From: Candidatus Woesearchaeota archaeon
GTDB lineage: Archaea; Nanobdellota; Nanobdellia; Woesearchaeales; JAAOYA01
Length of the DNA: 64,000 bases
Direction: 5' to 3'
Assembly (NCBI GenBank): GCA_018221105.1
Contig: JAAOYA010000008.1
Span: 192,648-256,647 of the forward strand
Each line of letters begins with the position of its first letter. Position 1 is the stretch's first letter. This document shows positions 37,626 through 48,300 of the stretch, in pieces. The notes below the pieces were generated by a model. It searched no databases and was not told the DNA's origin. It was given only the letters and a program-made list of their open reading frames with translations. The translations under genes were made by a program, and so were the position numbers.

Positions 37626-38462
37626 ATTGTTTCAAGAACTTTCATCAGACGTTTTAGTAAACAATTCGACCAGCTACCACTAAAACTACAACAAGCAGGA
37701 ATGCCTGACACTGTTGAAGATTTTGTAAAAAAAATATTTGTCACAAGCTTTTACTTTGCTATAGGACTGGCTTTTTTTTTACTGATGATTTTTTTAAGAG
37801 TATCTGAAGGAGCAATCTCTCTAACTTTTTTGTTGTTCATGCTTTTTTTGCTTCCAATACTAGTATTAATAATTTTTACTTACTTATTAAAAATTCCTGA
37901 TGCTAGAATAATAAAAGCGCAAAAAAATGTTGGTCGAGAAATTGTTTTTGCAACAAGATTTTTGTTAATTGAAATAGAAAGTGGTGTGGCACTATATAAT
38001 GCTATGACCAATATTTCAAAAAATTATGAGCAAGTAGGAAAGTATTTTAGCGATCTCATAAATAAAGTAGACCTTGGAACAAAAATGGAAGACGCCCTAT
38101 CTGAAGCAGTAGAATTAGCGCCTTCTGAAGATTTAAAAAAAATTTTTTGGCAGATAATGAACTCTTTAAGCACGGGAGCTGATATTACACATTCATTAAA
38201 AGCTATTATTGCACAAATTGTTCGAGAACAACAAATTGCTGTTAAAGAATATTCAAGAAAACTAAATCCGCTAGCCATGTTCTATATGATGATGGCAGTC
38301 ATAGTACCTTCATTGGGCGTTACTATGATGGTTATACTGGCAACTTTTATGGGAATACAATTAAATCTTGTAACTTTATTATCAATAGCCCTTTTTATAG
38401 GGTTAATTCAAATGATGTTTATTGCAATGGTAAAAGGCAATAGACCAGCGGTTGACATGTAA
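37626..38462 (+). CDS. TadB/TadC (T2SS-F) membrane platform protein, probable ATT start
   Basis: Open frame extends 25 codons upstream of ATG 37701 to ATT 37626, 6 nt after AGGTGA; T2SS-F pattern with KLNPLAMFYM. Confidence 0.82.
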   Translation: MVSRTFIRRFSKQFDQLPLKLQQAGMPDTVEDFVKKIFVTSFYFAIGLAFFLLMIFLRVSEGAISLTFLLFMLFLLPILVLIIFTYLLKIPDARIIKAQKNVGREIVFATRFLLIEIESGVALYNAMTNISKNYEQVGKYFSDLINKVDLGTKMEDALSEAVELAPSEDLKKIFWQIMNSLSTGADITHSLKAIIAQIVREQQIAVKEYSRKLNPLAMFYMMMAVIVPSLGVTMMVILATFMGIQLNLVTLLSIALFIGLIQMMFIAMVKGNRPAVDM

Positions 38463-38466
38463 AAAA

Positions 38467-39714
38467 ATGACACCTCCAATACTTGAAGAAATACCGGATG
38501 ATCCGATTGCACAAAAGTATAAACCGAAAAAAGAATCTAAAAGCAAAAGGTCTCTAAAAGAAAAGTTTAAGTCTTTGGTTTTGAAAAAAAAGAAGTCTGC
38601 TAGTGCAACTGCCAAGTCAGATTCTCAAAGCACTGACGAAAGATCTTCTGTTAAAGAAAAAAAGCTTGGCTTGCAAGAAAAATTTTCACAATTTCAAGCT
38701 AAAAAGAAAAAGAAAAAACTCTCACCATTACAATTACGTCATAAAAGACGTCATCGTCTTACAATGGCAGGTTATGAAAATCTCGATCTTAAAAAAGTCA
38801 ACAAAATAATATTTCAACTAGCAATAGGTATTAACTTGATAGTTACAGGTTATATTCTATATTTGCTTGCGAAAACTCAAAGTTCCTTGTTTAAAGCTAT
38901 CGGTATAACTTTTTTACTTTGGACTATTGGTTTTGGCGTTAGTATAGTACTAGCATGGCTTGCTTTTAGAACCTATATAAATTATAAAATTTTTATGCGA
39001 AAACTAGAATTAGAAAAAGTCTTACCTGACTATTTAGAATTAACATCACTTAATATCAAAGCAGGAATGCCAATTGACAGAGCACTTTGGTATTCTGTAA
39101 GACCTCGATTTGGAGTGCTTGCAAAAGAAATAGAAGTAGTAGCTAAAAAAACATTAACCGGACATGACCTTGACAAGTCACTGATTGCTTTTGCCAATAA
39201 ATTTGATTCTGACACACTAAAAAGAGCAGTTAACCTAATAAATGAAGGTATGAAAGCTGGCGGAGAAGTTGGCGATTTACTAAACAAAATTGCTCTGAAC
39301 ATTCATGAAAGTGAGATCATGAAAAAAGAAATGGCCGCCTCAGTAATGACTTACGTGATTTTTATTACTTTTGCAGCAATTGTCGCATCACCTTTTTTAA
39401 TGGCTCTAGCAAACCAACTGCTTGCAGTCGTTACAGGATTAGCATCAAATATTGATTTGCCAAGCGGTGGAGCTGTAGGAATAGCTTTTAGTTTAAGTGA
39501 AGACAGTATTAAACTATCAGATTTTAGAATATTTTCGTATGTCAGTCTGACAATAACTGCTTTTTTTTCAGGAATGATAATAAGTATCATCCGTCGAGGT
39601 AATGCTAAGGAAGGCATTAGACAACTGCCAGTTTATATAGCAGTAGCACTGACAATATTTTGGATAGCATCAAAAGTTTTGTCAAATGCTCTTGGAGGAA
39701 TACTACTACAATGA
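38467..39714 (+). CDS. second TadC (T2SS-F) platform protein with Lys-rich N-terminus
   Basis: LPDYLEL...KAGMPIDRAL...RPRFGVLAKE...AGGEVGDLL; multiple TM helices. Confidence 0.88.
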   Translation: MTPPILEEIPDDPIAQKYKPKKESKSKRSLKEKFKSLVLKKKKSASATAKSDSQSTDERSSVKEKKLGLQEKFSQFQAKKKKKKLSPLQLRHKRRHRLTMAGYENLDLKKVNKIIFQLAIGINLIVTGYILYLLAKTQSSLFKAIGITFLLWTIGFGVSIVLAWLAFRTYINYKIFMRKLELEKVLPDYLELTSLNIKAGMPIDRALWYSVRPRFGVLAKEIEVVAKKTLTGHDLDKSLIAFANKFDSDTLKRAVNLINEGMKAGGEVGDLLNKIALNIHESEIMKKEMAASVMTYVIFITFAAIVASPFLMALANQLLAVVTGLASNIDLPSGGAVGIAFSLSEDSIKLSDFRIFSYVSLTITAFFSGMIISIIRRGNAKEGIRQLPVYIAVALTIFWIASKVLSNALGGILLQ

Positions 39715-40145
39715 AACCGTTGTTTAAAGATAAAAAAGGACAAGCAGCAATGGAATTTATGATGACCTATGGTTGGGCAATACTAGCTTTACTTACTAGT
39801 GTAGGAGTGTTAGCTTACCTAGGAGTTTTAGATCCCGCGCGTTACATGAATCCAACATGTGTTATGGAAGCAGGCATTGGATGTGTTGACTTTGATATTA
39901 ACAGTGAAAAAGCACAGTTTTTTTTAGTAAATAACATTGGCCAAGATCTCACAATTATCTCTATAAATTTTAGTGATTGTGGAGCAACTTACAATTACAA
40001 ATTTCCACTTTATGACGAACATATATTTATCATAGATTGTGTTATCCCAAAAGATAAGTTCAAAGAAGAAGTTTTTGTTCGCTATATTAGTGTACAAGGA
40101 TTATTAAAGGTTCACACGGGCGAGATAAAAGCTTTTATTCACTAA
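39711..40145 (+). CDS. type IV pilin
   Basis: KKG/QAAMEFMMTYGWAIL; ATG overlaps the upstream stop codon. Confidence 0.88.
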   Translation: MKPLFKDKKGQAAMEFMMTYGWAILALLTSVGVLAYLGVLDPARYMNPTCVMEAGIGCVDFDINSEKAQFFLVNNIGQDLTIISINFSDCGATYNYKFPLYDEHIFIIDCVIPKDKFKEEVFVRYISVQGLLKVHTGEIKAFIH

Positions 40146-40230
40146 AAAACCGTTAAGTTTAAATAGGAGAGACGATAATTTGTATACTAATAACTCATGA
40201 TTAAACTCATAATATCGAGGTGATAGTAAG

Positions 40231-40716
40231 ATGTTTACAAAAAGAGCACAAGCAGCAATGGAATTTCTGATGACCTATGGTTGGGCCATACTAGTCGTTT
40301 TAGCTGCTATCGGAGCACTTGCATACTTTGGTGTGTTAAGCCCTGACAGATTCCTGCCAGAAAAGTGCACTATGCCAAGCGGCCTAGCATGTCTGGATTT
40401 TACCTATAATGACATATCAGGCACTAACGCTGACAACTTTACTCTAGTGCTTAAAAATTCTATGGGTATTGACTTAACAGGTGTTAATATTACAATGAAT
40501 GGTACTGGCTGTAATGTTTTGGGAATTCCTGTAGGCTCAGCTGCAATTAATGGAGATGATTCACTAGTTGATAGCGAGCAAGACCTTTACGACTTTAATT
40601 GTGGACCTACTTCAGGAAAGTTCAAAGGTGTTGTTACTGTAACTTATACCAATGCTCAAAGTGGTTTGAGAAAAACTGCTACTGGTGAAATAATCGCTAA
40701 AGTTACCAACACATAA
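40231..40716 (+). CDS. type IV pilin, probably the major pilin
   Basis: KRA/QAAMEFLMTYGWAILVVL; own TATA-like site, GAGGTGA SD, downstream T-rich hairpin. Confidence 0.9.
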   Translation: MFTKRAQAAMEFLMTYGWAILVVLAAIGALAYFGVLSPDRFLPEKCTMPSGLACLDFTYNDISGTNADNFTLVLKNSMGIDLTGVNITMNGTGCNVLGIPVGSAAINGDDSLVDSEQDLYDFNCGPTSGKFKGVVTVTYTNAQSGLRKTATGEIIAKVTNT

Positions 40717-40724
40717 GCACAACA

Positions 40725-40793
40725 ATTTTTGTTTTTTTTTCAAAAAACAAAGTTTTTTGGAAATGCTCAAAATACAATTGTATTTTGACATTT
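40725..40793 (+). terminator. T-tract, hairpin and 22 bp perfect palindrome after pilin gene
   Basis: T-rich tract; caaaaaac-aaa-gttttttg hairpin; tcaaaatacaattgtattttga at 40767-40788. Confidence 0.5.
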
Positions 40794-40832
40794 TTCAATA
40801 CTTTTTTATACAACTAATTCTAACTCTTTTTT

Positions 40833-41684
40833 ATGACTCGAAAACCAATAGTTGCTGGAAGTTTTTACCCAGAAGATTTTAATGAGCTTGACAAAGCCAT
40901 TAATAATTCTTTTACACAGGAGCTTGGCCCTGGAGAATTGCCAGGCAAACGAACTAACAAAAAATTAAAAGCAATAATAGTGCCACATGCGGGCATAACT
41001 TATAGCGGTATGTGCGCTGCATGGGCTTATAAAGAGCTTGGAGAGAGTGTTTTTGCAAAAACTTACATTTTACTAGGCCCTAATCACTCTGGTATTGATG
41101 GTGGAGTATTGCTTGATGATTTTATGACACCTTTTGGTATTGTAAAAACTGATAAGTCACTAGCACAAAAACTAATCGCGAATGGATTGCAAGAGAGCAA
41201 AAAGTCTCATGATAGCGAGCACTCAATTGAAGTTCAACTGCCTTTTTTGCAGTTTGTAAGTCGTGATAATTTGTCAAATCTTCAAATAATTGCTATTACT
41301 ATCAGTGAAGATTATTCAAAAGCTGCTCAAGTGATTAAAAAAACATTAGAACAAACAGGCAAAGCTGATGATGTTATTTTTATTGTTAGCAGCGATTTTA
41401 CACATTATGGTCAAAGCTATAATTATATTCCTTTCGTCTATAACATAGATGAAGAACTTGACCGACTTGATGGCAAAGCCTTTGAACTGATTAAAAAATT
41501 TGATATTACAGGTTTTGATGATTTTCTAAAAGACACAAAAGCAACAATTTGCGGAGCTTATGCTATTAAAACTTTGATGCAATTAGTAGATGGCAAAGTT
41601 GAATTATTGTGTTATTATCGTTCAAGCAAACTGACAAAAGATCAAAAAAATAGTGTTAGTTACGCAAGTTTTACAATAAGTTAA
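40833..41684 (+). CDS. amrB: MEMO1 family protein (AmmeMemoRadiSam protein B)
   Basis: RKPIVAGSFYP, VPHAG, GPNH, EHSIEVQLPFLQ, SSDFTHYG, TICG, VSYAS. Confidence 0.93.
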   Translation: MTRKPIVAGSFYPEDFNELDKAINNSFTQELGPGELPGKRTNKKLKAIIVPHAGITYSGMCAAWAYKELGESVFAKTYILLGPNHSGIDGGVLLDDFMTPFGIVKTDKSLAQKLIANGLQESKKSHDSEHSIEVQLPFLQFVSRDNLSNLQIIAITISEDYSKAAQVIKKTLEQTGKADDVIFIVSSDFTHYGQSYNYIPFVYNIDEELDRLDGKAFELIKKFDITGFDDFLKDTKATICGAYAIKTLMQLVDGKVELLCYYRSSKLTKDQKNSVSYASFTIS

Positions 41685-42859
41685 GAACGATTTTTTTCTT
41701 TTTCTAATTCTGCATCAATTACTGATTGGTCCCATCCAGCAGACAATAACTCTTTTTTTATTTTAATGTCTGGAACTTTTGATGCTAGTTCTTCATCAAT
41801 AAAAGAGTCTAACATTACAATATTTTCTTTTTTATAATTGTTGATTGTTTGTTCTATCACGTTAATCATTTCATAACGATTATTAGACATTTTTCCTGCT
41901 AAAACATCATTTTCAAAAGTTTGGCGTACCCAATTTCGAAAGTCATTGCCTTTTCTATTAACATGAGCTTCAAAAGTATCATCACCAATAGTTTTTAAAG
42001 CTTTTACCAGCTCAAAAACGCTTTTAATTGTCACACCATCTTTTAAGTTTAAGTATTGTTCTTTTTCAACTTTAGAAAATAAACGCTCGGCAACAGGGTT
42101 TATTATGATAATTGTTCTCTTGCTATACAGTAGTACTGCAAGTGATATTGAAAGAATTATTGCAAGTGCTACGAAACTTGTTTTTAAAATGTTAAATTCT
42201 GAAATATTGGATGTTTGATTGGCTACTTCTACGTCACTTACCACTATGTCTTGTTGCGATTGATCTTTAGATTCTTGAGTGTTTTGATCAACTATTTCTT
42301 GATTATCAATAGATTCTTGAACTGTTATTGGTTCTTGATTTGTTCCTATTGCAAAATAACCTTGATTGTTTATTGTTGTTTTATAATACCAGTATAGTTG
42401 ATCTGCTCCAATACTGACAATATCAAGCTCTTGCCAGCCAATATTAAACTCAAAAAATTTTATTTGTTTTGCTTCAAAATTATTTTGTGTTAACCAGTCT
42501 TTTGTAACTCTAAACTCTACAGTTTGAACTGTTATAAAATCAGTTGTGAAAGTTGTCAATAATTCAAAATACTGATAAGTGCCTAGTAGAGTTGTTGTTG
42601 AAGGTGGCGGCTCTTCAAAGCGTTTTAGTACTGCTTGTGATGTTGTCAAATCCATTTGCAAGTTAGTGTAATATTTTGTTATTGCAAAATTCTTGTTTGA
42701 AACACTAAACACTGCTGTTTGGCCTGCTTTTAGTTCACTCCAAGAATGTCGTATGACATTTTGATTTTCAAGACTACAAACTACTACTATATTAAGTATT
42801 AATAGAGCTATTATTATGCTTTTTAAAGCATTAATTTTTGATTTATTACCTCTTTTCAC
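41681..42859 (-). CDS. PGF-pre-PGF-like ectodomain, TM, DUF5752-like domain and C-terminal 'GW' helical domain
   Basis: YQYFE, VEFRVTKDWL, GWQEL, GYFAI; TM; LKDGVTIKS..EL..L...F.AHV....NDF.NWV; IKKELLSAGWDQSVID. Confidence 0.72.
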   Translation of the reverse strand: MKRGNKSKINALKSIIIALLILNIVVVCSLENQNVIRHSWSELKAGQTAVFSVSNKNFAITKYYTNLQMDLTTSQAVLKRFEEPPPSTTTLLGTYQYFELLTTFTTDFITVQTVEFRVTKDWLTQNNFEAKQIKFFEFNIGWQELDIVSIGADQLYWYYKTTINNQGYFAIGTNQEPITVQESIDNQEIVDQNTQESKDQSQQDIVVSDVEVANQTSNISEFNILKTSFVALAIILSISLAVLLYSKRTIIIINPVAERLFSKVEKEQYLNLKDGVTIKSVFELVKALKTIGDDTFEAHVNRKGNDFRNWVRQTFENDVLAGKMSNNRYEMINVIEQTINNYKKENIVMLDSFIDEELASKVPDIKIKKELLSAGWDQSVIDAELEKEKNRS

Positions 42860-42913
42860 ACTAAATTAAGGTGTTTGTTCTTATTTAAAAGTGTTGGCTA
42901 AAAACGTTTTATT

Positions 42914-43804
42914 TTATAGCTCTTCTGAGCTAATATAACCGTGCTCTAAGCCTATTTGTTTTAGAACTCCTAAGTTATGCTTGTTATGCTTATTTTTTGG
43001 CTTATAATGTTTTTGTGCTTTTTTAGTTGTTTTTAGTTCTATTACTGGCTCAACAATTTGAGCGTGTGTAGTTATTAATGCTAGTTCTTCGCGTGACGCT
43101 AAAGTATTAATTTTTCTTTTTATGTGCTCTATTTCAACGTGTAAACGATTCTTTTGTTCTATTAAGTCATGCAGACTATTTTTTGAATGTATTTTTTTTG
43201 TTATTTGATTAAGTTTTTTTTCAAAAATGAAAATATGTTTTTCTAGTTTTTTACCTTGCTCTAAGCTTTGTTTTATTGCTGATAGTTCTTTTTTTAATAG
43301 TCGAGTATCAATTGTTTCTTTAGAAATATTTTGCTCTTTTTTTAGATTGTTTTCCAAACCTATGATTTTGTCATGCAAGTAACCAATACTTTTTTTCAGA
43401 TTGTTGTTTTTTGAATGTTTTTTATTGATTGTTAGTAATTGATTGTTTGATTGTTCTAGTTTATTGTTTAGACTGCTAATGTTTTGTTCATTGATTTTTT
43501 TATGATCTAAAAATAGATCTCGAAGTTCATCAATTGTTTTTTGTTGTGTTTTAATTTTTTGTTCTATTGGATTTAAAGAAGGCTGCTTTATTTTTCTAAT
43601 AAATTTTGTTAGTTCACTATTTTGTTTTGTTATAGAATTCAAGCCTAGTTTTATGCTTGTGAAATCTTTTTTTAATTGACCGTTAAAAGTATTATTTTGT
43701 TGTTGTTTTGTGATTAGTTCTTGTTGTTTTGATAATTGATTCATATCTTTTTTTATTTTAGAAAATGCTTCTCGCAGTGCCAGGTCTAATTGTTCTAAAT
43801 TCAT
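42914..43804 (-). CDS. coiled-coil hypothetical protein
   Basis: L..AFSKIKKDM N-terminus; K/Q/N-rich heptads; GGTGA SD. Confidence 0.65.
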   Translation of the reverse strand: MNLEQLDLALREAFSKIKKDMNQLSKQQELITKQQQNNTFNGQLKKDFTSIKLGLNSITKQNSELTKFIRKIKQPSLNPIEQKIKTQQKTIDELRDLFLDHKKINEQNISSLNNKLEQSNNQLLTINKKHSKNNNLKKSIGYLHDKIIGLENNLKKEQNISKETIDTRLLKKELSAIKQSLEQGKKLEKHIFIFEKKLNQITKKIHSKNSLHDLIEQKNRLHVEIEHIKRKINTLASREELALITTHAQIVEPVIELKTTKKAQKHYKPKNKHNKHNLGVLKQIGLEHGYISSEEL

Positions 43805-43879
43805 TTTGTTTCACCAAAGAAAAAAAAGGTAATATAAAAAAGAAGGGGGTTTAAAAAAACGGCTTTTGTTGTTGCACTA

Positions 43880-43913
43880 AAACCAATTAATAAAAAAATA
43901 AATTAATTGGTTT
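43880..43913 (-). terminator. inverted repeat terminator at the stop of the S-layer-like gene
   Basis: aaaccaattaat (43880-43891) / attaattggttt (43902-43913), loop U-rich on the - strand. Confidence 0.55.
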
Positions 43914-45195
43914 AGTAATAGGTTTGTCCTAGGTCTTTTTGCTCTTCATCGCCCTCTTTTGAGCGCATTTTTCTAAAGCCAATTATTAGACCTAACACGA
44001 CAAGCAATACTACTAATACTACTAGTCCTACTTCTAAGCCGGTTTTTAAGTTGTCAAACGTTGAGCTTTGTGCTTTTGCAACATTTGCGCTTAGTACAAA
44101 CTGTTCAGATTTCTCACCTGCGTTTACTGTGATTGCAAACATGTGAGTTCCCATTGCAGCTTCTTTGTTTGGTGTAACAAAAACGTACAATTGTTCTGTT
44201 TGTCCTGATTGCAAGACTGTTGCACTGTAAGGGTTAATGCTCACTGTTGCCCATTCATCTGCTCCTGTAACTTCTATGCTGTACTGTTCTGATGTACTGC
44301 CAGCGTTAGTGATTGTTACTGGATAAACTGCTCCCACTCCAATATTTGCTTCTTGGCTTGCAGGTCCAACTGTAACTAATGATTTTTGTGCGTCTTCACT
44401 AGTTGTTGGTGCAGTTGTGCTTGCTGGGCATTGGTCATTTTCTACAACGTCAATTGCGAATACTTCTGTTGTTTCTTCATACTTGTCGTATTCTACTGTT
44501 ACTTCAACGTCGTATGTTCCCTCAGTTGCACAGGTTGGAATTCTAAAATAGATTTCCTCGCTTGTGATTTCATCGTCTGACTCGATTTCGTCAATGTAGT
44601 CGCTTCCTGAAATTGCTAATTCTGGAATGTTGACTGTAATTTTGACTCCTTCTTCATCATCTTCTCCCATGTTTTCTACTCGAACTAGTGTTAGCAAAGC
44701 GTGACCTGCTGTTACTGTTCTTGATGGGTTAAAGGTGACGTCATTGATTGCTAGTAAGTTGTCAATTTCGTCTACTGCGATGTCGTATGTTTGAGTTATT
44801 TCATCGCCGTCTCTGTCTGATATATAGATTCTTAGTTGGTATTCGTCGGTTTCTACGTCTTCTGGCAGATTGAATTCTAAGAATTTTCTGTAGCTTCTGT
44901 TTGCTACCATGTCAAACGTTCTTGTAACGTCTGATAGTCGTTCTCTGCTGTTGTATTTGTTTGCTTTGATGACTGCTTCTATTTCAATGTCATCAAGGTC
45001 TACTAGACTTGAAATTTTTACTTCAATTTCAAGTGATTGTCCGCGTTCAATGTTTTCGTCATTGACTGCGTTTGGGTCTAGCGCGTCATCGTTTAATTCT
45101 ACTTTTTCGATAACTACAGGCAATGCTGTTGCTAGACTTGATGCTAGAATTGCAACAATTAATAGTGCAACAATGCTTATTAATTTCTTTGTCAT
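43912..45195 (-). CDS. acidic S-layer-like surface protein with Ig/CARDB-like domains and C-terminal TM
   Basis: Signal peptide MTKKLISIVALLIVAIL, three beta-rich domains, TM, cytoplasmic tail ending GQTYY. Confidence 0.72.
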   Translation of the reverse strand: MTKKLISIVALLIVAILASSLATALPVVIEKVELNDDALDPNAVNDENIERGQSLEIEVKISSLVDLDDIEIEAVIKANKYNSRERLSDVTRTFDMVANRSYRKFLEFNLPEDVETDEYQLRIYISDRDGDEITQTYDIAVDEIDNLLAINDVTFNPSRTVTAGHALLTLVRVENMGEDDEEGVKITVNIPELAISGSDYIDEIESDDEITSEEIYFRIPTCATEGTYDVEVTVEYDKYEETTEVFAIDVVENDQCPASTTAPTTSEDAQKSLVTVGPASQEANIGVGAVYPVTITNAGSTSEQYSIEVTGADEWATVSINPYSATVLQSGQTEQLYVFVTPNKEAAMGTHMFAITVNAGEKSEQFVLSANVAKAQSSTFDNLKTGLEVGLVVLVVLLVVLGLIIGFRKMRSKEGDEEQKDLGQTYY

Positions 45196-45328
45196 TTTTC
45201 TTAAACCCCCAATGGTTTTTTTTGTAAGATTGTTATCCTCTTGTAAAAGCAAGTTATATATAAACATTTCGCTTTATTTAGTATTCTTGAGTAGTTAATA
45301 TTTTTCTCTATTCTCGAGTTGTAAGCGC

Positions 45329-48300
45329 CTAAATTATTGTTATAAAACGATGCTTTACGCGCCTTAGGGTACCATCCGAAATAACTATTCGAATTTCATA
45401 ATTACCGGTTTTTGCATCGCGCGGGATGTTTAGAACCGCTCTCTTATTAAGAGTTTTGCCTTCATCAACATCAAAGGTTCCAACAGTCCTAAAAATACCT
45501 AGTTGTGGTACCGCAAGAGTTATTTTTACGTCTTCTAAATCATCACCAAAAGTGTTTTCAAAACTCACAAACGTTGCAATTGCGTCCCCAGGCTTGTAAA
45601 ATTCTCCACTAACAACACTTAACCTGTTAAGTTTTAATATGTCTGTTGGCTTGTATAATGGCTCTTCACCAACCCTAATGGTTGTTGTGTCAGTTGCCAT
45701 ATCACCATCAGCATCAATTACTGTAAGTGTTACAGTGTAGCGTCCAGCATCACTAAAATCGTGTTGTGTGAATTGTCCTGTTGCAGCAGTTCCATCATCA
45801 AAGTCCCAAACATAATTTAAAGGTAAATCTCCGCTTCCTACAGCTTCAAAGTCAATAGTTAATGGTGCAACTCCGCTTTTTGGTGTCGCAATTATTTGAG
45901 CTGTTGCAGGCTGATCTAAAAGATTTGCACTGATTAAAATGCTATCGGTATCTGTGTCGCCATCAGCATCTGTTACTGTAACAGTTGCAGTGTAAACTCC
46001 GCTAAATATATAGGTGTGTGCAAGGCTTTGTAGATTGCTTGTTATGTTATCTCCAAAATTCCAACTATACGTATAAGGTGCTTCTCCACCAACTATCGAT
46101 AGATTGAATTGTACAGGTAGCGGTGCTTGGCCAGTTTGCGGGTTAGCATTAATAGTTACTGTTGGTACTGTGTCAGAAGGAATTATCTGGTTTACAGTGA
46201 TAGTCAATATTTCAGTGTCAATATCGCCATCAGTGTCTGTTACTGTCGCCATCACTGTGTAAATACCTGGTGTTGTGTAATTATTTGTTGGGCTTGCTAG
46301 GCTGCTTGTTGTTCCATCACCAAAATTCCAGCTGTAAGTATAAGGTGCTTCGCCACCAATTACTGCGCTGTTAAACTGCACGAATAACGGTTCAGTTCCA
46401 TTGTCAGGATTAGCAGTAATTGTTAGAATAGGCTGTGTGTCAATAATAGTACTAGGGTTTACTGTAACTGTTAGTGTTGCAGTGTCATTGTCACCATCAA
46501 CATCAAAAACAATTGCTGTCACAGTATAATTGCCTACAGTTGTATAATTATAAGTTGGGTTAGCTTGCGTGCTTATGCCAATGTCATCTCCAAAATCCCA
46601 AAAGTAAATAAATGGTGTTTCTCCAGCAACCACTACACTGTTAAATTGCACAAATAAAGGCACCGTACCATTATCAGGACTAGCGCTTATCGTAAGGTTT
46701 GGCTGCGTGTCAATTACTGGTGGAAGTGTTTGATTAACAAAAACAGTGAATGTGTCGCTTGCAGTGTATTGTCCGTCAGTTGTTTGTACTGTAATGTCTG
46801 TTGTTCCTTGTACTGTTGGAATGTTACAATTAATGTAACGATTGCTTGTTATAAAACAATTAACAACGCCAGTATTTGTCTGACTCGTAATGCTAAATGT
46901 TAGTTGATCATCTGATTGTTCGTTATCAATAGCATAAGACCATAAATCAATAAGACTAACGGGCGGGGTAATATTCTCTGTCAAATACAAATCCGGAAGA
47001 CCGAATAATTGTGGCGGCGTATTAACTGTTGATAAAGTAAACATTACAGTCATATCGTTATCAGTAACTTCAAAAGTTGCTGTTCTTGGCACGTAACCTA
47101 CTAGTGCTGCAATATATGTATAATTGTTAGGTGTTAATTCTATACTCACTTGACCGCTTGAATCAGTCATCAATTGTGTTGAGTCAACATTTATTGCAAC
47201 TCCTTGTAATATTTGGGCAGTCGTTGAATCACGTGCTTGAAAAGTAACAGTATAATTAGCAGTTGTGTCATTTGTTTGATTAGTATCATTTATGAAAACG
47301 CCGTTTACGAAGATTGTTTGTTCAATCATGTCTTCAGTTTGGTTAATTCCACTAAAGCAAAGACCTTTAGCGCTAATTCTTAAAAGATGCACCCCAGCAT
47401 TTTGCGGTGTCCAATCAAAACTAAAACTTTCTGATAAAAAACTATTATTGTTAGCTACAAGAAGTGCTGGTTGACTATCAACTAAGACACTATTTTCATC
47501 AAAAACTTCAAAATAAGTTTGTGTTTGTATTGGCGTATAAACGCTGTTATTATCAACGTAATTGCTGATTTTTTGAGCGCTAACAACAATTGACTGATTG
47601 ACTTGCAGTGTTGGATCATCAGTTTGTAAATTATTTAGTAAAGTGTAGCACTCGCCTTGTGGTTGTCGTGGGTAAACATCAAAATATTTTTGACTGTAAA
47701 GTGGAACATCGCTTGAGCACTTAGCATCTATAACTGTGCTTGTTACACGAGCAGTGTAATCACCTTCGATTACTGGAGTCCAACTAAAGTGTACGTTTTC
47801 ACTATCATCTGCAAAAATATATAATTCTGTGTTATCAGAGTGTACTATTGCTCCAGTATTTTGATTAATAATTTCTAAGTCAATTCTGGTACGAGCTGAA
47901 TAATACTCGTCTCTAATACTCTGGTCTAACGGAATAAATCGTACATCATCAAAGGTTTGTGTTAGTGCGCTGTGAGTTCGCGCGTCAAGCGCTGCACTAA
48001 CATTAACAATTAAAGGATTAAATGCTTCAACACTGTTTGTAACACTAAAATTATCTATTGTTGCACTGCAATTGTCTAATTTGTAAAATTCAACATTGTA
48101 ATCTTCACTACAGTCATTGCCTCCAATGCAATGCCAATAGGCTCTACCTTCCATTGGAACGTAGCCTAGTCGCAGACTAAAGCGAGCGTAACCAAAAGGC
48201 GATACTAAATTTGTAGGATATGGCACTGTTTGAGTGTTGCCAGAACCACTGTTTGCATCAAAAAAGAATGTGGTGCTAGTGTTTTCACAATCATCATCTA

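Noticed and set aside
31357..40716. Archaellum operon
   Set aside because: No FlaB-type archaellin N-terminus and no FlaH/FlaF/FlaG; two TadC-like genes instead of one FlaJ.
45700..46720. Repeated DNA segments as a possible DGR template/variable repeat or CRISPR
   Set aside because: They are diverged in-frame PKD domain repeats; no adenine-specific pattern and no reverse transcriptase in the window.
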